Made by a program: the position numbers and the translations under genes
Shown here: one piece after another, positions 19,606 to 27,028 of the stretch
Layout: the number at the start of each line of letters is the position of its first letter
Position numbering within the stretch: position 1 is the first letter of the stretch
Source: Terrimicrobiaceae bacterium
GTDB lineage: Bacteria > Verrucomicrobiota > Verrucomicrobiia > Chthoniobacterales > Terrimicrobiaceae
Direction of reading: 5' to 3'
NCBI GenBank assembly: GCA_044345595.1
Contig: JBIJAV010000007.1
Location: forward strand, 45,135-109,134
Length of the DNA: 64,000 bases
The notes under the pieces: model-generated
Told to the model about the DNA's origin: nothing
Seen by the model: the letters and a program-made list of their open reading frames with translations, nothing else
The model's database searches: none

Positions 19606-20813
19606 GCAATCCAAGGAAAATAGCGGGCGCTTGAGTGGGCCGCAAATCTTTCATCCACTTCGACAAAACCGGTCGAGCCGAGCAATCCCGCAAAGTCGCC
19701 TGAATTTGCAGTTGGCAGGGCTTGAGCGGTTCCATCGCCACAGTCGGCCACAGGAAGAAAAAGCGTCAATCCCTCTGGCCTGGCGAAGTCGCCCAGCACC
19801 TTTCGGACCTGCGGCGGGGCGGGCGTTTCGCCGCTCCATTGCCGCAGGGCTGGAATGACATAACGATGCAGGCAGACCAACGCGGAGACGGGATTTCCCG
19901 GCAATCCAAAAACAACCGGCCCGCTTGGGATTTTCCAGACGGCCATCGGCTTGCCAGGTCGTTGGGCCACGCCATGTAAAATCAGTTCGCCACCCAATTC
20001 GCCGATGATGTCTGGAACAAGGTCGCGTCGGCCTTTGGAGACGCCGCCGGTAATGACCGTGATATCGCTCGTTGAAAAAACCTTTCGCAGCAAGCTGCGT
20101 AGTGCGTCCGCTTCGTCGGGTGCATGCGTCATTTCAATTGCGGGGTGCCCGGCCAATTGAAGCGAGGTGGCGAGCGTTGGTGCATTGGTTTGACGAATTT
20201 TCCCCGGCGAGGGCTTTTCACCGATGCCCACCAACTCGTCGCCCGTGCTAATCAAGGTAATCCGCGCCCGGCTTGTCACACGCAGAATTCCGTATCCACA
20301 AGCCGCCGCCACACTCGTTTCAACAGGGCCAATCCTCACTCCCTCCTTCATCAGAAGCTCTCCGGCGCGGTGGTCCGAGCCTTGGCGGTGAATGAAGGCG
20401 CCCTCTCGGGGTGCGGCGTCATTCCTCAAAATCGCCCGGCCATTTTCGATGTCATACCACTCAACCGGCAAAATACAGTCGCTGCCGACTGGGAGCACCG
20501 CGCCAGTCATGACTTCGATGGCCGATGAGGGAGCCGATGGAAGCTGCTTCGAAGGCTTCCCGGCCGGGGCCATGCCTGTGATCTCAAAAGCGCGATGGCC
20601 CGCTTGAAAATCAGAGAACCTCATGGCGATGCCATCCATCATCACCCGGTCAAATGGCGGGAAGTCCTGATCCGCCCGAATTTCCTCGCGTAAAATCCGG
20701 CCCGCCGCGTCAAGCAGCGGCAATTCCTCGCAGGGAAATCCCTCTCGAAGTCGCAGAACTCTGTCTTCCGCCTCGGCGGGGGTGATTAGTGTTTTCATGC
20801 GTTTCTGCCACAT
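19602..20813 (-). CDS. moeA: Molybdopterin molybdenumtransferase
   Basis: FDRVMMDGIAMR...ISTGDELV...GKIRQTNA...ITGGVSKGRRDLV...PGNPVSA. The start is either ATG 20813 or ATG 20798. Confidence 0.85.
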   Translation of the reverse strand: MWQKRMKTLITPAEAEDRVLRLREGFPCEELPLLDAAGRILREEIRADQDFPPFDRVMMDGIAMRFSDFQAGHRAFEITGMAPAGKPSKQLPSAPSSAIEVMTGAVLPVGSDCILPVEWYDIENGRAILRNDAAPREGAFIHRQGSDHRAGELLMKEGVRIGPVETSVAAACGYGILRVTSRARITLISTGDELVGIGEKPSPGKIRQTNAPTLATSLQLAGHPAIEMTHAPDEADALRSLLRKVFSTSDITVITGGVSKGRRDLVPDIIGELGGELILHGVAQRPGKPMAVWKIPSGPVVFGLPGNPVSALVCLHRYVIPALRQWSGETPAPPQVRKVLGDFARPEGLTLFLPVADCGDGTAQALPTANSGDFAGLLGSTGFVEVDERFAAHSSARYFPWIA

Positions 20814-20834
20814 TTAGCCTTTGGAACACTTGGT

Positions 20835-21884
20835 TTGAACAACAATTCCACAACATTCGCGGACGCGCAGGAGCCCGTTCTCAAAGACCTTCTGGCCCGA
20901 CCGCTGAGAGACCTCCGCGTTTCGCTCACCGATCAATGCAACCTCCGTTGCACCTATTGCATGCCTGCCGAGATTTTCGATCAGGAGCATGCGTTTCTGC
21001 AAAAAGACCAGCTCATTGGGCTCGAAGATTTGGAGCGGCTCATCGGGGCATTCGTTCGCTGCGGAGTCAGGAAAATCAGGCTCACAGGCGGAGAGCCGCT
21101 CGTGCGTCGCGGCGTGGTGGAATTTCTCGGTTGTTTAAAAAAGTTTTCAGAAATCGAGGACCTGGCCATGACAACAAACGGCCTACTCTTGCCGACCTTT
21201 GCCTCTGGTCTCGCGGAGGCCGGTCTGCATCGCGTCACGGTCAGTCTTGATGCGTTGGATCCTGATATTTTTTCTCGAATGAACGGACGCGGAAAGCATC
21301 CGGATCAAGTTCTCAAAGGCATCGAGGCGGCGAAAAGCGCAGGGCTTGCCGTCAAGGTCAACATGGTCGTGCAGCGGGGAGTCAATGATTCGCAAATCCT
21401 GCCCATGGCGCTTCATTTCAAGGCCGTTGGAATTCCGCTGCGGTTCATCGAATTCATGGATGTTGGAAACCACAACCACTGGGATCCTGCAATGGTCGTC
21501 AGCGGAGAGGAAATCCTCGCCCGGCTTGCTGCGGAGACCACCTTTGAAGCCGTGCCACCCGCGCATTTCGGTGAAGTCGCCAACCGCTTCCGATACACCG
21601 ATGATGGTGTGGAATTTGGAATCATCACTTCCATCTCGCAGCCCTTCTGCAGGAGTTGCACGCGGGCCCGGTTGTCGGCGGACGGGAGATTGTTCACCTG
21701 CCTTTTTGCCAGCAAGGGACACGATCTGCTTGGTGCAATGAGGTCGGGCAACCCCGACGACGAGGCGCTCTATCAAATGGTCGCGGCCCTCTGGCGAACG
21801 AGGGATGACAGGTATTCCGAGCTTCGGTCCGCTGTCGGTGGCAATGCACCCGCCAAGGTTGAGATGTCCTTCATCGGCGGATGA
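20835..21884 (+). CDS. moaA: GTP 3',8-cyclase (radical SAM)
   Basis: LRVSLTDQCNLRCTYCMP...IRLTGGEPL...C-terminal CRSCTRARLSADGRLFTC. TTG start proposed. Confidence 0.9.
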   Translation: MNNNSTTFADAQEPVLKDLLARPLRDLRVSLTDQCNLRCTYCMPAEIFDQEHAFLQKDQLIGLEDLERLIGAFVRCGVRKIRLTGGEPLVRRGVVEFLGCLKKFSEIEDLAMTTNGLLLPTFASGLAEAGLHRVTVSLDALDPDIFSRMNGRGKHPDQVLKGIEAAKSAGLAVKVNMVVQRGVNDSQILPMALHFKAVGIPLRFIEFMDVGNHNHWDPAMVVSGEEILARLAAETTFEAVPPAHFGEVANRFRYTDDGVEFGIITSISQPFCRSCTRARLSADGRLFTCLFASKGHDLLGAMRSGNPDDEALYQMVAALWRTRDDRYSELRSAVGGNAPAKVEMSFIGG

Positions 21885-21897
21885 AGATGCGCTGGCT

Positions 21898-22662
21898 ATG
21901 ATTCTCGCCTTTTTGTTTTTTTGTGTGGCGCTGATCTACTCAAGCGTCGGCTTTGGTGGCGGGTCCTCCTACATCGCCCTTCTGCAATGGCACGGAATGT
22001 CTACCTCGGCGCTTCCTCTCCTGTCGCTCACCTGCAATCTGATCGTTTCCGCGCAAAGTTTTATCCAATTCTCGCGGGCCGGTTTTTTTTCCACGCGCCG
22101 GAGCCTTCCATTTGTCGTCCTCTCAGTTCCCGCCGCCTACCTCGGCGGGTTGTATGCGATCAAGGAAACGACATTTCTCATCCTTCTAGCCGCATCGCTC
22201 ACAGCCGCTGGAGTCCTCCTACTTTTCCCAGTGTCCGAGAGCGGGGATCGGCCCGACAATCCGCTTCGGCGATGGATTCGGCGCTTCGGGTTCTTGCTCG
22301 GCCTCCCGCTTGGCTTCCTTTCGGGCATCGTCGGAATCGGAGGCGGGATTTTTTTAGCTCCCATCCTCCATCTGGGAAAGTGGGCAAAAGCCAAGGAAAT
22401 CGCGGCGCTCGCGGCCTGCTTCATCTGCACGAACAGCTTCGCTGGACTCCTCGGCCAAATGCAAAAAACCGGATGGAGAAACGAGGTTTTCGCGTCCTAT
22501 TGGATGCTCCCCGTGGCCGTTCTTTTGGGCGGATTGGCAGGCTCAAGGTGCGGCATCGCCATTCTGCCGCCAATGCGAATCCGTCAAATCACAGGAGCCA
22601 TCGTCCTTTTCGTCGCCTGCAACCTCTGGGTGAAACAACTCGCCGCGTTGAAGGTTTTTTAG
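21898..22662 (+). CDS. TauE/SafE-family anion exporter (DUF81)
   Basis: Polytopic membrane protein with the duplicated GxGGG motif (SSVGFGGGSSYIALL and IVGIGGGIFLAPIL). Confidence 0.75.
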   Translation: MILAFLFFCVALIYSSVGFGGGSSYIALLQWHGMSTSALPLLSLTCNLIVSAQSFIQFSRAGFFSTRRSLPFVVLSVPAAYLGGLYAIKETTFLILLAASLTAAGVLLLFPVSESGDRPDNPLRRWIRRFGFLLGLPLGFLSGIVGIGGGIFLAPILHLGKWAKAKEIAALAACFICTNSFAGLLGQMQKTGWRNEVFASYWMLPVAVLLGGLAGSRCGIAILPPMRIRQITGAIVLFVACNLWVKQLAALKVF

Positions 22663-22689
22663 ATCGTGGATTAGTTGCTGGTTTATACC

Positions 22690-22715
22690 AAAAGCAGCTT
22701 GCTTTTAGATTTTTG
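22690..22715 (+). terminator. Possible weak intrinsic terminator after the TauE gene
   Basis: AAAAGCA-GCT-TGCTTTT hairpin followed by AGATTTTT. The stem is AT-rich, so support is weak. Confidence 0.3.
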
Positions 22716-22800
22716 GAGAGGAGCACAGGCGTCTCGCCTGTGTGCATAGGGGTCCTGTTTGGGTTCGATAAACGCAAGCAAATGGATCAGTCTCCAGACG
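22715..22800 (+). repeat. Mosaic intergenic repeat family, degenerate copy f
   Basis: GGAGAGGAGCA + CACAGGCG-TCT-CGCCTGTG hairpin (22724-22742), homologous to 49961-49990 and 56904-56933. Further CCAGACGGCCGG and CCATGACCCC blocks are present. Confidence 0.45.
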
Positions 22801-23035
22801 GCCGGGACGGCCATGACCCCTTCTCTTGCAATGCAAAGTCCAATTTCAAAAAGACATTGGTATTACTTCCTCCTGCGCGGGCTAGTTTTGCTGTGTTCCA
22901 TTGGGTAGCATCTTTTAAAAATTCCCGCGTGTGACTCGTTACCAGCAACTCGTCACAGTGCCCACTCCGCCCTCCCCATTTCGCATTTTCAATTTGATTT
23001 CTGTTTGCAAAGCCTCCTTTTTCAGATGATGAGTT

Positions 23036-23737
23036 GTGATTATAGATGACACAAAAAATCCAGCAACTCGCCCAAGTGCGATTGAATCAGCCATCGCGCA
23101 CATCGAGCGAAGCCTATGCCCAAATGGAACGGGCCATGAGGGCATCCCAGAAGGCGAGCGCGCTGGATATGAGTGGCGTGCGATCTTCCGTTGGGCTGAG
23201 AGAGAAAGCTTCGTCATCCCGCCGCAGTTAGCTCCGGAGCGCGTTGGCGGCCGGGAACATGATTTGACTTTCCTGCCACTTGAGCGCAGTTGGAGGAAGT
23301 TCACCAAACCGGATGGTTGCGGACTCATGGTGGATTTTGCTGACGGATGTCCGTTATTGCTGCCAGGCACTCCCTTGCAATACCTCAAGCGCCTGCAACT
23401 TCAGAACAGCTTCTGGGGCGATGATATCCGGCTTGAAGGCGTGCAAATCATGGTGCCCGGCGCAAAGATTGTTACGACCCAACCTGATGTGAAAGGGGAA
23501 GCGCCAACGCAGGATTTTTTGAACGATTATTTGTGCGGCGAATTTGGTTTCCGAAAATTGAAAATCCCTCCGATGGGCTACTATAAATCCCATTCCTACC
23601 TCCACGGGCGTTTTGCCATGTTTGATGTGCACCCGGCAAATTTCGTTCAGGTCTCGTCCAAGGTCGTCCTGCCGATTGATGTGATTATGATGGAGTGTGA
23701 AGGGGTTGAACTTGCCGCACTGGAAGCCGCGCTTTGA
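23036..23737 (+). CDS. Orphan hypothetical protein, possibly a kinase-like fold
   Basis: 233-aa ORF in a region that looks more AT-rich by eye. The GGREHDL...KFTKP...YLKRLQLQNSFWGDDIRLEGV...HPANFV...LPIDV pattern recalls (from memory, unverified) the kinase-like domain of phage and conjugative-element polyvalent proteins. GTG start; uncertain. Confidence 0.45.
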   Translation: MIIDDTKNPATRPSAIESAIAHIERSLCPNGTGHEGIPEGERAGYEWRAIFRWAERESFVIPPQLAPERVGGREHDLTFLPLERSWRKFTKPDGCGLMVDFADGCPLLLPGTPLQYLKRLQLQNSFWGDDIRLEGVQIMVPGAKIVTTQPDVKGEAPTQDFLNDYLCGEFGFRKLKIPPMGYYKSHSYLHGRFAMFDVHPANFVQVSSKVVLPIDVIMMECEGVELAALEAAL

Positions 23738-23806
23738 TTGTCCAACCCGCAATCCGTTTTAGGATTTGGCCCCGGCACTCGTTACCAGCATCGGAATGCT
23801 CCAAAA

Positions 23807-26041
23807 TCAGGCCGCTTGGAGTTTTTCGACGCGCACATGGGCGTTGTAGTCGGGCACTCCGCCGTGGGCGTCGACCACGCCTTTGCGGATGATGTTGTTT
23901 CCCTCGGGCCAATGGACCTGCAAATTCCCCTGGGCGATCGGAGCGCAGTGCACGCGGCCTTCATAGCGTCCCAGCGTATTTACGAGGGCGATGCGGTCGC
24001 CGGTTACGACATGCAGACGCGCGGCATCCTCGGGGCTTATTAGGATGGCGTCACGCGGAGCGTTGTTGAGGGGATCGATCTCGGCGTAGATGAGAGTGTT
24101 GAATTGCTTGCCCCTGCGGGTGCTGACATGAAATTCGCCCTGCTGGCGGTGGAGTGGGGGAAGCGGGACATTGCGGAAATGGCCCCGGCCGTCTGGCGTT
24201 GGAAACTGGCCGTCGGCGCACAGGTGCGGGCCGCCGTATTGAAAGGCATCACCGGTCTTCTTGAGGTGCTGGACTCCATCGTAGAAAGGAACGACCCGCG
24301 CAATTTCCTCGCGCATTTTCCATCCTGTTTCGCAGCCGAAGAGTGACGCTTTTTCGGGATAAGCCGCCAGTGCAAGGTCGCGCAGGATTTTCCACTCGGC
24401 CTTGGCTTCGCCGACCTGACGCGGAATTTCCGGCGTGAACATGACGCGCCGCTCGGTGCTCGTCTCGGTGCCGCCGTCGTCTTGTTCGTATCGGGTTTTG
24501 GCAGGCAGCAAAAAGACCGCCTCCTGCGCTGGAATGAACATCTGATCGGTGAGAATGATGTCCTGGTGCACGCGCACAGGCACTCGACTCATCGCCTCCC
24601 GCACATAGTCGGGCTCTGGCAGGGTGCGGAGAAAATTTCCACCCAGGCAGTAAAAGAGATCAAGTTCGCCGCGTTCGCAGGCCTCGACCATTTCGGTTGC
24701 TGGCATTCCCTGCCACTCGGGAACGGGGAATCCGTATTCCTTCGAGAGTTTTTCGGCGCTTTCAGGAGTGATCGGTTTGTTGCCGGGGAATGCCGTGGCA
24801 TAGGCTCCCATCTCGGCGCCGCCTTGCACCGAGGAGTGACCGCGGATCGGCATGACGCCGTTTTTGTCGCGGCCGATGTAACCGCGCGCCAGCGCGAGAT
24901 TGAGAATCGTCTGAACCCCATCGCCGCCGAACGGATGCTGGGTGATGCCCATGCTCCAGACGAGGACGGCGTTTTTTGCATCGCGGATGAGTTCGGCGAA
25001 TTCGCGCATCGAGGCGCGGTCGAGTCCGGCGTCTTTTTCCAGCGCCTCCCAATCCATCGCGGCCACATGGGTCTTGAGTTCCTCGAATCCCGTCGTGTGC
25101 TGGTCGATGAAGTTTTGATTAACCCATCCCTCGGCGAAGAGGATTTTCATCACTCCCGAGAGGAACGCGATATCGCCGCCTTGGCTCACGGGGAACCAGT
25201 AGTCGGCGATGTTCGTGCCGAAGAGCGCGGAGTCGGCATTTGAGGGAACCCAATACTTTTTCATGCCGGGCTCGAAGTAGGGATTCACCAGAACAATTTT
25301 CGTCCCGAGCTTTTTGGATTCGTGCAGATATTTTGTGGAAACTGGTTGGTCGTTGGCGGGGTTCGAGCCGAAAAAAATGACGAGGTCGGTCCCATACCAA
25401 TCCTTGTAGCTGCATGTCGTGGCAGCCACGCCGAGAGCCTCTTTCATCGCCGCGCCAGAGGGCGAGTGGCAGATGCGGGCGGCGTTGTCGACATGGTTCG
25501 TGCCGAGGAAGCGCGCCGCCTTCTGGGCCATGTAGTAGATTTCATTCGTTACGCCCCGCGCGGTCACAAAAAACGCCATACGGCGGGGATCGGTCGCGCG
25601 GAGTTTGGCTCCGAGGCGCTGATTTACCTCATCCCACGAAATGCGGCGAAATCCTAGCGCGCCCTTTTCTCGGACCATGGGATACGGCAGGCGGCCGAGT
25701 TCGCGCAGTTGCGCGTTGTCCATTTTTTCCAGCTTCGAGACATCGGCCAGAAGCCGCTCGTCGAGCGCGGCAACTGTGTTCAGGCGCAGAAGATTTAGGC
25801 GCGTCATGCAAAGATGCGGCCCCTTCACGGTCCAATCGTGCAGGCCCGCCACGCCGAGAGCGCAGCCGTCGCACACGCCGCGAGTGATCACTTTCCACGC
25901 GTAGGGCAGGTTGTCCTTGTTCTTCCAAACGACATGGAGCATGTCGCGGAAGTGCTTCGGTTTTGTCAGGCCAATGCCGAATGGAGCGCAGCTCTTGAGT
26001 TTCTGAAGAAGCGGACGGCGGACGGCGTGGGATGAACTCAT
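23807..26041 (-). CDS. Molybdopterin oxidoreductase, FdhF/YdeP family
   Basis: GIGLTKPKHFRDM...TRGVCDGCALGVAGLHDWT...MTRLNLLRLNT, then molybdopterin-binding regions (ICHSPSG, GSNPANDQP, IRGHSSVQG). ATG chosen at 26041. Confidence 0.85.
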   Translation of the reverse strand: MSSSHAVRRPLLQKLKSCAPFGIGLTKPKHFRDMLHVVWKNKDNLPYAWKVITRGVCDGCALGVAGLHDWTVKGPHLCMTRLNLLRLNTVAALDERLLADVSKLEKMDNAQLRELGRLPYPMVREKGALGFRRISWDEVNQRLGAKLRATDPRRMAFFVTARGVTNEIYYMAQKAARFLGTNHVDNAARICHSPSGAAMKEALGVAATTCSYKDWYGTDLVIFFGSNPANDQPVSTKYLHESKKLGTKIVLVNPYFEPGMKKYWVPSNADSALFGTNIADYWFPVSQGGDIAFLSGVMKILFAEGWVNQNFIDQHTTGFEELKTHVAAMDWEALEKDAGLDRASMREFAELIRDAKNAVLVWSMGITQHPFGGDGVQTILNLALARGYIGRDKNGVMPIRGHSSVQGGAEMGAYATAFPGNKPITPESAEKLSKEYGFPVPEWQGMPATEMVEACERGELDLFYCLGGNFLRTLPEPDYVREAMSRVPVRVHQDIILTDQMFIPAQEAVFLLPAKTRYEQDDGGTETSTERRVMFTPEIPRQVGEAKAEWKILRDLALAAYPEKASLFGCETGWKMREEIARVVPFYDGVQHLKKTGDAFQYGGPHLCADGQFPTPDGRGHFRNVPLPPLHRQQGEFHVSTRRGKQFNTLIYAEIDPLNNAPRDAILISPEDAARLHVVTGDRIALVNTLGRYEGRVHCAPIAQGNLQVHWPEGNNIIRKGVVDAHGGVPDYNAHVRVEKLQAA

Positions 26042-26163
26042 AAAAAGAATGATCCACAAACTTTGATAGTCCGGTCAAAACATCTTTCACATGGAAAGTA
26101 GGTTATACCAAGGCCTGATTTCTTTGGGACTTCTGGATTGTAGAAATTTGGAATTCGGAAGAG

Positions 26164-27012
26164 CTACTCGGCGAGGATTTCGTTCCAGATTTTTTTGATG
26201 TCGTTGCCGAGAACGACTGTGTCCTGCCAGATGTTCGGGAAGCAGCTCAGGTTGTAGCCGATGGTGGTGCCTTGCTCTGGCATGACCCAGAGTTCGTTGT
26301 TCGGGCGTGGGCCTGCGAGCCAGTGCTTGAGGGCCTGGCGGATGAACGGGCGGCAGTCCGAGTATTCGGGCGAGAAGTTGCCTTTGCCGTCGGTGATCGG
26401 AATCATGCAGTGGTGGCCATTGAAGGGGCGCATGTGCCAGAGGTTCGCCTGCTGGAAGACCGGGATGTTGGATTCGTCAAAGAGGCGGGAGATGTAGTCC
26501 TTAGGGACGAGGTGCTTCACGACGGCCGGGTGCGAGAAGTCGTAGTTCATGCGGGGGGCCTGACCTGTGGCTTTGAGGACACCGGCCACAATGGCGGCGG
26601 CTTTTTCCGGAGTCTCGGTGCAGGTGTCGCGGTGGACTTCAAGGTGGACCAGGGCGTTTTGTTTTTTCGCCTCCGCCATCAAGGCGATCGTCAAGGCGAC
26701 GGCCTCGTCGGTTGGCGTGTCATGGTCGGCGAGTTGGCAATTGATCGGGCCGTTGTCGATGGCCATGAGCGCGGCGATTTTGGGGGCGAATTGCTCGACC
26801 CGTCCGGCGTCGAACGCCCCGCCGAACCGCAAACCGTATTCCTTGATCAGCTCCTTGATCTTCGGGAAATCGGGCGTGCCGCAGTAGCCTTGGAAGCCGG
26901 CATCCCGGACCAGCGACAAATGGGTGCGCAGGCCCTCCTCGGTGGAGGGATCGCCCTCGTGGAGGAGCGACCAGTAGTTGATGTGGATTTTCAGGGTCGG
27001 GGCAGTGGACAT
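26164..27012 (-). CDS. Sugar phosphate isomerase/epimerase (xylose-isomerase-like TIM barrel), paralog
   Basis: HLEVHRDTCTETPEKA...YDFSHPAVVKHL...RPFNGHHCMIPITDGKG. About 45% identity by eye to 13762-14619. Confidence 0.65.
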   Translation of the reverse strand: MSTAPTLKIHINYWSLLHEGDPSTEEGLRTHLSLVRDAGFQGYCGTPDFPKIKELIKEYGLRFGGAFDAGRVEQFAPKIAALMAIDNGPINCQLADHDTPTDEAVALTIALMAEAKKQNALVHLEVHRDTCTETPEKAAAIVAGVLKATGQAPRMNYDFSHPAVVKHLVPKDYISRLFDESNIPVFQQANLWHMRPFNGHHCMIPITDGKGNFSPEYSDCRPFIRQALKHWLAGPRPNNELWVMPEQGTTIGYNLSCFPNIWQDTVVLGNDIKKIWNEILAE

Positions 27013-27028
27013 AGCGGTGCTTTCGTTT

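Noticed and set aside
22939-23388. 149-aa minus-strand ORF overlapping the start of the orphan gene.
   Set aside because: It has no recognisable features and overlaps the better-supported + strand ORF. It is probably spurious, although neither ORF in this islet has experimental support.
26042-26163. Looked for a Moco riboswitch upstream of the YdeP-like gene and in the moeA/moaA intergenic region (20814-20834).
   Set aside because: The YdeP leader is AT-rich and lacks the GC-rich conserved helices I remember for the Moco RNA motif. The moaA/moeA spacer is only about 21 bp.
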